A DNA stretch of 42,383 bases from Planctomycetota bacterium. GTDB taxonomy: Bacteria > Planctomycetota > Planctomycetia > Pirellulales > Lacipirellulaceae. The notes under the pieces are model-generated. The model did not search any database. It saw nothing but the letters and a program-made list of their open reading frames with translations, and was not told the DNA's origin. Of the stretch, positions 1-8,832 are shown piece after piece. A program made the position numbers and the translations under genes. Positions within the stretch are counted from its first letter, which is position 1; every line of letters begins with the position of its first letter. The stretch spans positions 1-42,383 of the forward strand of contig JBCCXZ010000032.1 of the NCBI GenBank assembly GCA_039190745.1. Direction: 5' to 3'.

Positions 1-868
1 AGACCTTGATCGACTGCATCTTGGCGGCCCGGCGGGTCTTGCCGCCGCTCTTCACCACCGCGGCGATCTGGTCGTACACCCGCATGAAGGACAGCGGCCC
101 GCTGGGGTGCCCGCCGCCGGAGAGCTTCTCGCGGTGCGAGCGGAGCGTGGAGAGGTCGGTCCCCGTGCCGCTGCCGAACTTGAACAGCATGGCCTCGCTG
201 CGGGCGAGCTCCATGATGTCTTCCATGTTGTCGTCCACGTGCTGGATGAAGCACGCCGAGCCCTGGGGGAACTCGTACGGATTCTCCGGCTGGGTGACCG
301 ACTGCGTCTGCGGGTCCCAACGCCAGTTGCAGGGGTCGCCGGTCACGCCGTACTGGTGGTAGAGGCCCACGTTGAACCACACCGGCGAGTTGAACGCACC
401 GTGCTGGTGCAGGCAGAGCCAGGCCAAGTCGCGGTAGAACCGCTCGCCGTCGTCGGCGCTGGCGAAGTAACCGTCTTCCAGGCCCCAATCGGCGATCGTG
501 CGGGCCACGCGGTGCACGAGCTGGCGGACGCTGTACTCCCGCTCCTCGGTGCCAACCTCGCCGTAGAAATACTTGCTGCAGATGACGTTCGTGGCCAGCT
601 GGCTCCAGAAGTCGGGCACTTCGCAGTTGGTCTGCTCGAACAGCACCTCGCCGTTCTCGCCCTTGATGGCCGCACTGCGGACCTCCCAGTTCACCGTGTC
701 GAAGGGATCGGCGACCTCCTCGGGGCAGAACGTGGCGTCGAACTTCAGCCGGCCGTGGAACCGCTTCTTCAGCGGCTGGCCAGAGTTCGAACCGGCGGTA
801 TCGCCCGATTGCGAGGACTTGGAATTCGGGCCTTGGAGCGCAGCGGGGGAGACATCAGCGGTGGCCAC
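1..868 (-). CDS. nrdJ: Vitamin B12-dependent (class II) ribonucleotide reductase, 5' part (runs off window start)
   Basis: Not in the ORF track because it is open-ended. Manual translation from GTG at 868 (SD GGAGG upstream) gives WSQLATNVICSKYFYG, AFNSPVWFNVG, PQGSACFI, EAMLFKFGSGTG, SGPLSFMRVYD and VKSGGKTRRAAKM, which are class II RNR motifs. Confidence 0.95.
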   Translation of the reverse strand, partial: MATADVSPAALQGPNSKSSQSGDTAGSNSGQPLKKRFHGRLKFDATFCPEEVADPFDTVNWEVRSAAIKGENGEVLFEQTNCEVPDFWSQLATNVICSKYFYGEVGTEEREYSVRQLVHRVARTIADWGLEDGYFASADDGERFYRDLAWLCLHQHGAFNSPVWFNVGLYHQYGVTGDPCNWRWDPQTQSVTQPENPYEFPQGSACFIQHVDDNMEDIMELARSEAMLFKFGSGTGTDLSTLRSHREKLSGGGHPSGPLSFMRVYDQIAAVVKSGGKTRRAAKMQSIKV

Positions 869-976
869 AGAACAACCTCCTGTTGGTAGGAAAGACGGCG
901 TCCAGCCTATACTAAAAAACTATACTTGTGTACAGTATGCTTGTAGGAGTCGATCGGCGGACCTTGCCAAAGCACT

Positions 977-1087
977 CCACAAGATTTTGGGCCTAGATGG
1001 ACATTGACTCGACAAAAACGACCGACGGCGACCACAAAAAACGCTATATGTTGTGCTTTTCTGCATTCTATGCACTACATGCTGTTG
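977..1087. promoter_or_regulatory. NrdR boxes (977-992, 1041-1056, 1072-1087)
   Basis: ccaCAAGATTTTGggc, acgCTATATGTTGtgc and gcaCTACATGCTGttg match the NrdR consensus acaCwAtATaTwGtgt. They lie upstream of nrdJ, and the last two start 31 bp apart. Confidence 0.8.
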
Positions 1088-1500
1088 CGTCGCGGGGGCC
1101 GATCTTACTCTCCTCAGGGCGATCGTCAATCGAGAAATGGTATTTTTCTAAGGTGCTGTCATACAACACTTTGTGGCCATTGTTAACTGCTAGCAAAGTG
1201 CGTATTTGCAGAATGTTAAGGTGCTTAAGTACTGGACATTTCATGACTTAGCAGTCAATGGCCGGATCCCCCAGTCGCCCAGCGGTGAATCCACGAATTC
1301 TCAACAGGTCTGCATTTCGTAAGTGGCGCAAACAACCCAGGTTGTAACTCATAGGGGGAAGGCCGCGATCTGCTGCGGCCTCGGCGTGTGAACCAGGCCG
1401 CCTCGGCGTGCTCTTATCAGGCGTTCGGCCAGTTCTTTCGAGAGGCCGGTCGCCCTCGAACTGCAGCAACAGTTCGGCCCCACAGCCGCGCCAACAAGCC

Positions 1501-2250
1501 ATGGAGAGCGCTTTGAGCGTCTACCGCTGGAACACCGACGAGGCCGCCGCCGCCTTCGACGCGGCCGCGCAGCACATCCACCCGCTTTACACGCGCGTGC
1601 AGGATCAGCTACTCGAGCTCCTGGCAGCCGTACAGCCCCGACTGGTCGTCGACCTCGGCGGCGGGCCCGGCAGGCTGCTGGAGCGGGTCCTGCGGGTCTT
1701 CCAAGACGCCACGGTCGTCTTGGTCGACCAGTCGGAAGCCTTCCTCGGCATCGCCGAGCGGCGGCTGCACGCCTTCGGCGACCGGGCCCGACTCGTGCAC
1801 GCCCGGGTTCAGGACGACTGGCCGGCCCAAATCGGCGGCCGGCCAGATGCGATCCTCAGCATGTCCGCGATCCATCACCTCGAGCCTACAGAGAAGCAGG
1901 GCCTCTACCGCCGCTGCGCCGATTGCCTGGCCCCCGGCGGCCTGCTCGCCAACGGCGACGAGTGCCGCCCGGAGTCAGACGCCGACTACCTGGCCGAGCT
2001 CCTGCAGTGGGCCGCGGACAAAGACGAGCGGACCGCAGAAGGGCTGATCCCGCGGGAGTTCGATGGCATGTTCCAGCGTTGGTACGAGCGGAACATCGAA
2101 GACTTCGGCGGCCGGCGCGTTTCAGGAGACGATTGCCACGAGACGGCCGAGGCCCAGCTCGAGTACTACCGCCAAGCGGGCCTGAGCAACGTGCGCACCG
2201 CCTGGCACGAGCGGCTGTGGGCTGTGCTAGCCGGCGAGAAGCCCAGATAA
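1501..2250 (+). CDS. Class I SAM-dependent methyltransferase
   Basis: VVDLGGGPG motif I, LVDQS, DAILSMSAIHHL and LAPGGLLANGD. Start is ATG 1501 or TTG 1513. Confidence 0.88.
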   Translation: MESALSVYRWNTDEAAAAFDAAAQHIHPLYTRVQDQLLELLAAVQPRLVVDLGGGPGRLLERVLRVFQDATVVLVDQSEAFLGIAERRLHAFGDRARLVHARVQDDWPAQIGGRPDAILSMSAIHHLEPTEKQGLYRRCADCLAPGGLLANGDECRPESDADYLAELLQWAADKDERTAEGLIPREFDGMFQRWYERNIEDFGGRRVSGDDCHETAEAQLEYYRQAGLSNVRTAWHERLWAVLAGEKPR

Positions 2251-2307
2251 TCGGACTTGGGCGGCACTGGCGTCTAGTCAGTGCTTCGCCTCACCCAAAG
2301 ATGCCAT

Positions 2308-2383
2308 GGGTGGCACTGCTGGCTCGCCCAGCAGTGAGCAGCAAACTCCGGTTCACCACTGCTGGACAAGCCAGCAGTGCCAC
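2308..2383. repeat. Inverted pair of REP-like palindromes between convergent genes
   Basis: GGGTGGCACTGCTGGCTCGCCCAGCAGTG (2308-2336) and CACTGCTGGACAAGCCAGCAGTGCCAC (2357-2383) are inverted copies, each with an internal CACTGCTGG/CCAGCAGTG stem. A degenerate relative lies at 2259-2284. Confidence 0.75.
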
Positions 2384-2407
2384 GCGGAGAAAGATTGGCT
2401 CGAGAGC

Positions 2408-2722
2408 CTAGCCGCTGATCTTGCCGATCTTCACGCGGGTGTAAATCGAGCGGTGGCCGGTCTTGCGGCGGCTGTTCTTGCGGCGGCGGATCTTCTGCAC
2501 CACCAGCTTCTCGCCCTGCCGGGTGCCCATCACCTCGGCGGTGACGGTGGCCCCGTCGATGGCCGGCGTGCCGAGCGTGACCTCGCCCTCGCCGTTGCTC
2601 ACCGCAAGGACGCGATCGAACGTCACCTCGTCGCCCGCGGCGGCGTCGCGGTAATCAAGGAGCAGCTCCTGGCCCTCTTCCACTTTGAACTGGCGTCCGC
2701 CGTCGGCAACAATCGCGTACAT
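2408..2722 (-). CDS. rplU: 50S ribosomal protein L21
   Basis: MYAIVADGGRQFKVEEG...KIRRRKNSRRKTGHRSIYTRVKI; 104 aa from ATG 2722. Confidence 0.97.
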   Translation of the reverse strand: MYAIVADGGRQFKVEEGQELLLDYRDAAAGDEVTFDRVLAVSNGEGEVTLGTPAIDGATVTAEVMGTRQGEKLVVQKIRRRKNSRRKTGHRSIYTRVKIGKISG

Positions 2723-3406
2723 AGCACTAACCGGGAGGGGTTGGAGCAAAGGTAGTAGGTTGGGGCAAAGGTCTGGTAGCCGCCGGTGCCGGCCGGCTGC
2801 CAATCCCTTAAATCCGCTAGACCGCCGCTGCGGCCATCACGCGAGCCCCACAATCTAAGCCAAATCCCCCGGCCCGTCGAGGGGGTGGACGCCCTCATTT
2901 AGCCCCGGGCGAGCCGCCCGGGGCAGGGATCCGAGGTCCGATGCCGTCGGCACAGCCCTGCGACTCCCCGAAATTCTTGTCGAAAACGGCCACTTGAATT
3001 GATATACATACGTTCATATACAGTTCCCGCTCCGCCTCCCAGAGCTGCAACCCTGTACCAAAAGAACCCAGAGCCCCGAGCGTCAGCGAGGGGGTAACCC
3101 CAACAGGCGATTCGACTTCCAGTCGACGGCAGCCCAAGAAAGCCACCCAGCCCCGCCGGACGAAACCCAAACCCCGAGAACTCTACAACCACAGCACCAA
3201 CGAATCATCGCCACAGGCTTCCGGCAACCAACACCCGCTCAGGCGGACACAACGCCCCGACAGGATCGAGCCCCGTGAGCACCCGCGTCACCCTGCCATA
3301 CAAGCGTCGTTCGCCAAAGACAATGCGGCGCCCGCCAGACTTTTGGCGTAACGCCGCGAGTTCGCTATACGAGCCAAAACTCAAACCGGCGTCGGTGTCC
3401 ACGATC

Positions 3407-4048
3407 TCAGTGGTGGTCTTCGCCGGTGCGGAACGCCGCCCCGCCGTTCAGCGTGACATGCTCCTCGCGGTTCCAGTAGCCGTCCGTCACGAGGACAAAG
3501 CCGCCGCCGTTGCCGAACACTTCCAGGTCGTCGACCGCCAGCTTCGAGAACTCCAGCCTCGCCCCGCCGCTGACCTTCAGCACCGCGTGCACCGCCCCCA
3601 ACGCGAAGCAGTCCACCCGGGCGCCCCCGCTGGCGTTGATGGTCAGGTCCTCGGCCACCAAGGCGCCGACGCTGATGCGGCCGCCGCCCCCAACGCTGAT
3701 GCGGTCCAGCGTCGGCACCGTGAGCTCGAAGTGCAGCTCCGGGTAGAGGCCGTCCTCGGCGTACTTGTTCCCCAACCGGAGGAAGCCGTCGTCGACCTTG
3801 GCCTTCACCCGGCTGAGGTAGCCAACATCGGTGCGGACCGTCAGCTTGGTCTCCGGCCCCTGCACGATGTGCAGCGAACCAAACCCGCCGATCGATACGG
3901 CGTGGAAGTCGCGGCTGACCGGCAGCGTCGCGGTGGTGATCACGTCGACCAGCTGCACGGCCGGGGGTTCCTCGCCCCAGGCGCGTGCTTCGAACGCGAT
4001 CGGATTCAGAAGGGTCAACGCGAGCAGCGAACGCGAAAGCAGCGACAT
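3407..4048 (-). CDS. Secreted GIN-domain (DUF2807-like beta-helix) protein, possibly C-terminally truncated
   Basis: Signal-peptide-like N-terminus, DFHAVSIGGFGSLHIVQG, LTVPTLDRISVGGGGRI and repeated SGGA units. SD AGGAG lies before ATG 4048. Confidence 0.75.
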   Translation of the reverse strand: MSLLSRSLLALTLLNPIAFEARAWGEEPPAVQLVDVITTATLPVSRDFHAVSIGGFGSLHIVQGPETKLTVRTDVGYLSRVKAKVDDGFLRLGNKYAEDGLYPELHFELTVPTLDRISVGGGGRISVGALVAEDLTINASGGARVDCFALGAVHAVLKVSGGARLEFSKLAVDDLEVFGNGGGFVLVTDGYWNREEHVTLNGGAAFRTGEDHH

Positions 4049-4165
4049 GGCCGAACTCCTGCGGAGGGTTTGATCCGGGGCACACTGCCTAGTTCGCACC
4101 GGGTGCGCAGCCGGATGCAACCGGGTGATCGCAAAGGGCAGGGCGGGCTGCTGCACGAAGCGGGG

Positions 4166-5815
4166 CTAGATCTCGCCCACCCTCACCTCGCGGCCCGCGC
4201 TGTCGGCGCACTCGATCCGCAGGAACTCCGGCGAGGCGTCCTCGCGTCCCAGCACCAGCACCTGCAGCTCGCACTCGTCCTCCAGCTGCGCAATCTCACG
4301 CCGCTTGCGGTTGTTGAGGTAGCTCGCCACCTCTTCCTCGACCGTGCAGGTGAGCTTCGCGACCTTCTCCCGCTGGGCGACCATGATGATCTTGCGGATC
4401 ACTTCCAGCGCCATGCTCTCGGCGCTCTTCACAAAACCCGACCCCATGCAGGCCGGGCACTCCTTGTAGACGCTCCGCTTGAGGCTGGGGCGGATGCGCT
4501 GCCGGGTCATCTCGATGAGCCCGAAGGGGCTCGTGCGGAGGATCTTCGTGCGGGCCCGGTCACGCTTGACCGCGTCGCGGAGGGTGCGCTCGACGGTGCG
4601 GCGGTACCGCTCTTTCCGCATGTCGATGAAGTCGTTCACCACCACGCCGCCGAGGTCGCGGAGACGCAGCTGCCGGGCGATCTCCTTCGCCGCGATCTGG
4701 TTGAGCGCGAACGCCGAGTCCTCCGCCGAGCCGTCGGTGCGGAAGTTGCCGCTGTTGACGTCGATGGCGACCAAGGCCTCGGTCTGGTCGATCACCAGCG
4801 AGCCGCCGCCCTTGAGCGGCACCTGACGCTGGTTGATGCGGACGATCTCCTCGTCCAGCTTGTACTTGTGGAACAGCGGCTCCTTGCCCTCGTACAGCTG
4901 CAGCCGGTTGACGTACCGCGGCATGACGATCTGCAGGAACTCCTTGGCCCGCTCGTAGGCCTCCTCCTGGTCGATCAGGATCGTGTCGACCTCGGAGGTG
5001 AAGATATCGCGGATCGTGCGGATGACGATGTCGCTCTCTTCGTAGATGTCGACCGGGCCGGTTTCTTTCTTGATCCGGCGGACGATCACCTTCCACAGCC
5101 GCACCAGGTAGGCGAGGTCGCGGGAGAGCTCCTTCTTGGTGCGGTCGGTGCCGGCGGTGCGGACGATAAAGCCCAGGCCCTTGGGCGGGTTGATCTCGCG
5201 GAGGATGTCCCGGAGGCGGCGGCGGTCGTCGTCGTCTTCGATCTTGCGCGAGACGCCGATGCGGCCCAGGGCCGGCATCAGCACCAGGTACCGCCCCGGG
5301 ATGCTGATGTAGGTGGAGAGCGTCGGCCCCTTCGTGCCGATGCCTTCTTTGATGACCTGCACGAGCACCTCGTCGCCGCGGCGGAAAAGCTCCTGGATGG
5401 GCGGCTTGATGCGGGGCCGGGCGCCCGGGCGGGGCTTCCGCTGGCCGTTGCGGCCGCGACCGTTCTGCCGCTTGTCACCCTCGCCTTCGCCCTCGTCGGC
5501 GTCGTTGTCGCGCGGCCGCCGCTCGCGTTGACGGCCGCTGGGTTCGATCGGCTTGTCGGGGTCGTACCCGCCCTGGCGGAAGTACTGCGACTCGACGTCG
5601 CTGATGTGCAAGAAGCCGTTCCTCCCGACGCCGAAGTCGACGAACGCCGCCTGGATGCTCGGCTCGAGGTTGACGATCTTGCCCTTGTAGATGTTGCCGA
5701 CGTAGTTGTCCTGGCTGCTCCGCTCGATGTAGAGCTCTTCCAGCACGCCGTCTTCCACGATCGCGATCCGGCATTCCTCCGGCTGCGCGACGTTGATCAG
5801 CATCTCCTGCTTCAT
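4166..5815 (-). CDS. Rne/Rng family ribonuclease (RNase E/G)
   Basis: GNIYKGKIVNLEPSIQAAFVDFG (S1), EALVAIDVNSG, IARQLRLRDLGGVVVNDFIDM, FGLIEMTRQR and Zn-link CPAC. Confidence 0.96.
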   Translation of the reverse strand: MKQEMLINVAQPEECRIAIVEDGVLEELYIERSSQDNYVGNIYKGKIVNLEPSIQAAFVDFGVGRNGFLHISDVESQYFRQGGYDPDKPIEPSGRQRERRPRDNDADEGEGEGDKRQNGRGRNGQRKPRPGARPRIKPPIQELFRRGDEVLVQVIKEGIGTKGPTLSTYISIPGRYLVLMPALGRIGVSRKIEDDDDRRRLRDILREINPPKGLGFIVRTAGTDRTKKELSRDLAYLVRLWKVIVRRIKKETGPVDIYEESDIVIRTIRDIFTSEVDTILIDQEEAYERAKEFLQIVMPRYVNRLQLYEGKEPLFHKYKLDEEIVRINQRQVPLKGGGSLVIDQTEALVAIDVNSGNFRTDGSAEDSAFALNQIAAKEIARQLRLRDLGGVVVNDFIDMRKERYRRTVERTLRDAVKRDRARTKILRTSPFGLIEMTRQRIRPSLKRSVYKECPACMGSGFVKSAESMALEVIRKIIMVAQREKVAKLTCTVEEEVASYLNNRKRREIAQLEDECELQVLVLGREDASPEFLRIECADSAGREVRVGEI

Positions 5816-5869
5816 AGTGTTTGAGGCTCTTTCTTTGCTTGTTGGAATCTGCCGGGGTTCCGCCGCCGC

Positions 5870-7612
5870 CTAGACGGGCAGTTCGGGGAACACCCTCGAC
5901 AGCTCTTCTTTGAGGTAGTTCTTGATATCTCGGGCGTTGTCCAGCGTTTTCACGTGGGCCGCCACCCGCTCGCATTTTTCGATGTTTACGCTCCGGCAGA
6001 CCCGCTTGATCTCGGGCACCGCCGCGGGCGTGACGCTGAGGCTCCGCAGGCCCATGCCTAGAAGGAGCATCGTGTAAATGGGATTGCCGCTCATCTGACC
6101 GCACATGCCGATCGGCACCGACCGCTTGCGGGCCGCAGAGACGGCCATGTCGATCATCCGGATCACCGCCGGGTCGGCCGACGTGTACAGGCTGGCCACG
6201 TCCTTGTTGCTCCGGTCCACCGCCAGGCAGTACTGCACGAGGTCGTTGGTGCCGATGCTGAAGAAGTCAACTTCTTCAACGAAGCGGTCCATCATCATCA
6301 CCGCGGCGGGCACCTCGACCATCATGCCGACCTTGATCTCGTGGTCGAACGGGATGCCCGCTTCTTCAAGGTCTTCCATCGCGTCGGACAGCACCATCTT
6401 CGCTTGGCGGAACTCCATCACGGTGGAGATCAACGGGAACATCACGCGGATGTTCCCCGCGACGCTCGCCCGGAGGATCGCCCGGAGCTGCACCCGGAAC
6501 AGGTCGCGGTTACGCAGGGCAAGCCGGATGCTCCGCAGGCCGAGGAACGGGTTCCGCTCGTCCTCGGGCGACGGGAACAGCCCGCCCTTGTCGGCGCCCA
6601 AATCGAGGGTCCGCATAACGACCGGCTTGTCCTCCATCGCCTCGGCGACCGCCTTGTAGGCCTCGTAGTGGACCTCCTCACTGGGCTCGTCATCGCGACC
6701 GAGGTAGATGAACTCGGTGCGGTAGAGTCCGATGCCGTCGGCCCCCCGCTCGCGGCACTGCTCGACCTCATGGGGGAACTCGATGTTGCCGGTGAGCTGG
6801 ACCAGCTCGCCGTCGGCCGTGATCGCGGGAAGCTCGCGGAGCGCTTCGAGCTTGGTCGCCAGGTGCCGCTGCTCTTCGACTTCGTGCCGATAGCGGGCGA
6901 GGGTTTCCTCGTCCGGATGGAGGATTATCTGCCCTTGGTCGCCGTCGATGATGACGGTGTCGCCGCCGGAGACGTCGGTCAGGAACGAGCCCACGCCCAC
7001 CACCGCGGGGATACCCAGGCCCTCGGCCACGATGGCTGTGTGACTGCCCGGGCCGCCGATCTCGGTGACCATGCCCAGGGCGTAGCGTGGGTTGAGGTTG
7101 GCGGTTTCGCTCGGCGTCAGGTTGTGCGCCAGCACCAGCACCGGCGAGGTGACCCGCGCGAGCTCTTCGCGGCGGCGGCCGAGCAGGTTCCGCAGCAGCC
7201 GCTTCTCGATGTCGAAGATGTCGTTGGCCCGCTCGGCCATGTAGTCGCCCTCGAGCGACTGGAACACCTTCGCGTACCGGCGAAGTGCGCGGCTGACGGC
7301 GTACTCGGGCGAGTAGTGCCGTGTGCGGATCATCTCTTCGATCTCCGACCGCAGCCGCTTGTCGCGGAGCATCTGGAGGTGGGCGGAGAAAATCGCCGCG
7401 TAGTCGTCGCCGAGTTGCTCGGCGACCCGGACCCGGTTGTTCTCGACCTCGGTGGCGGAGGCCTCCATGGCCTTGTCGAGGCGGGCGAGCTCTTCGTCGA
7501 CGGCGTCGCGCGGCAGGAATCGCCGGGGGATGCGGAATCCCTCGTTGTCGACGATCAGCGCTTCACCGATCGCCACGCCCGGCGAAACGGCGATACCCTG
7601 GAGGCGTTCCAT
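5870..7612 (-). CDS. ptsI: Phosphoenolpyruvate-protein phosphotransferase (PTS enzyme I)
   Basis: GGPGSHTAIVA (phospho-His), GIGLYRTEF, RTLDLGADK, NPFLGLRSIR, GMMVEVP and FSIGTNDL. No N-terminal GAF domain. Confidence 0.96.
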   Translation of the reverse strand: MERLQGIAVSPGVAIGEALIVDNEGFRIPRRFLPRDAVDEELARLDKAMEASATEVENNRVRVAEQLGDDYAAIFSAHLQMLRDKRLRSEIEEMIRTRHYSPEYAVSRALRRYAKVFQSLEGDYMAERANDIFDIEKRLLRNLLGRRREELARVTSPVLVLAHNLTPSETANLNPRYALGMVTEIGGPGSHTAIVAEGLGIPAVVGVGSFLTDVSGGDTVIIDGDQGQIILHPDEETLARYRHEVEEQRHLATKLEALRELPAITADGELVQLTGNIEFPHEVEQCRERGADGIGLYRTEFIYLGRDDEPSEEVHYEAYKAVAEAMEDKPVVMRTLDLGADKGGLFPSPEDERNPFLGLRSIRLALRNRDLFRVQLRAILRASVAGNIRVMFPLISTVMEFRQAKMVLSDAMEDLEEAGIPFDHEIKVGMMVEVPAAVMMMDRFVEEVDFFSIGTNDLVQYCLAVDRSNKDVASLYTSADPAVIRMIDMAVSAARKRSVPIGMCGQMSGNPIYTMLLLGMGLRSLSVTPAAVPEIKRVCRSVNIEKCERVAAHVKTLDNARDIKNYLKEELSRVFPELPV

Positions 7613-7915
7613 GCAACACTCGCTCGGGGGTGCCGTGGCGGCCCGGGCGGCGGCGAAACGTAGTTGGGAGAGCTGCTTAGCGCGTGCGTTGCGTGCTCGG
7701 CCGCGCGGGCTGAGCCCGTTCGGGGCTTCTGCCGGCGGGTCGGAATGCCTGGAGGAGTCGCGGCATCGGCTCGCTTGGGGGTGCGGGTGTGCAGTGTTTC
7801 CGTTGTGTTTCGCTCACCGACCGCGGCCCGTTAGGGCGCCCGGTTGGTTGTTCGAGCCGGGTGTCGGACTCTCGCCCCGTGCGCGTCCCTGGGGGGGAAC
7901 GCCGCTTGAGACGTA

Positions 7916-8221
7916 TCAGCCCGACCGGTCTTGGCTCAGTGATTCATCGGGTTCGAAGTCGCGCGCTACTAGGTCGGCGAGCGCCTCGATCGCGTGCTCG
8001 GCGTCCGGACCACGGGCCTCGAGCACTAGCTCGCTGTCCTGGGCCGCACCGAGCGTCAGCACGTGCAGGATGCTCTTGGCGTCGACGCGGACGCCCTCCT
8101 GCAATAACTCAATCTCTGATTCGTATCGCATCGCCGTGCGTGCAATCAGCTCCGCCGGCCGCGCGTGCAGGCCGTTCGGGCTGGTGATGGTCACGGTGCG
8201 TTGCACGACTAAGGTTGACAT
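7916..8221 (-). CDS. ptsH: HPr phosphocarrier protein
   Basis: NGLHARPA (His15) and VDAKSIL (Ser46). Confidence 0.95.
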   Translation of the reverse strand: MSTLVVQRTVTITSPNGLHARPAELIARTAMRYESEIELLQEGVRVDAKSILHVLTLGAAQDSELVLEARGPDAEHAIEALADLVARDFEPDESLSQDRSG

Positions 8222-8269
8222 TCTTTCGGCCTCGCCGCCCGCGGGGCGGCGTGTCGGACAAGCGGCACT

Positions 8270-8746
8270 CTAAGAGACGAACTGGTTGTTGTCCGCCTCT
8301 TCCAACAGCTGCCACACGTCGTCCGCGTTCTTGCTCTGCTTGAGGAAGCTGCAGAAGGTGTCGTCGCGGAGCTGGCGGGAGATGTTCTCCAGCGCCCGCA
8401 GGTGGTCGCCGGGCCGGTCGGGCGGCGAGACCAGCATGAACAACAGGTGCACCTTCTCGCCGTCGAGGCTGTCGAAGTCGACGCCGGCGTCGCTTACCGC
8501 GACGGCGCCGACCAGCTCGTTGACGCTGGGGTGCTTGGTGTGCGGCACGGCCACGCCCCGGCCGATGCCTGTGCTGCCGAGCTCTTCCCGCTTCAGGATC
8601 GCTTCGATAATGCTCTCGCACTCGTCTTCGGCGATTTTGCCGGCCTCGAGCAGGGCCGAGGCCATATGACGGATTACCTGCTCTTTCTCCTCGACCTCGA
8701 TCGAGGTCCGGATCGCGTCACGCGCGACAAAGTCTACAAACTTCAT
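8270..8746 (-). CDS. PTS EIIA (Ntr/fructose-mannitol type)
   Basis: REELGSTGIGRGVAVPH, VDFDSLDGEKVHL and HLRALENISR. Confidence 0.93.
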   Translation of the reverse strand: MKFVDFVARDAIRTSIEVEEKEQVIRHMASALLEAGKIAEDECESIIEAILKREELGSTGIGRGVAVPHTKHPSVNELVGAVAVSDAGVDFDSLDGEKVHLLFMLVSPPDRPGDHLRALENISRQLRDDTFCSFLKQSKNADDVWQLLEEADNNQFVS

Positions 8747-8832
8747 GATCTTGTATGTCCTCGGTGGGGGCGGGCGCCTGCCGGGCGGAACCGGGCGTGA
8801 GCGCGACGCTGCTTGATGGCTTGCTTGGGGGA

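Noticed and set aside
869..1500. Cobalamin riboswitch upstream of nrdJ
   Set aside because: No B12-box or other riboswitch core sequences are visible. NrdR boxes account for the regulation.
3105..3135. tRNA T-loop-like GATTCGACTTCC
   Set aside because: No cloverleaf, acceptor stem or CCA can be built.
3275..5824. 849-aa plus-strand ORF and many other long antisense or alternate-frame ORFs (e.g. 6341-7663, 17630-18922, 33331-34662, 34825-36108, 41206-42273)
   Set aside because: They shadow well-supported genes. Long stop-free antisense frames are expected at high GC, and the translations show no recognisable motifs.
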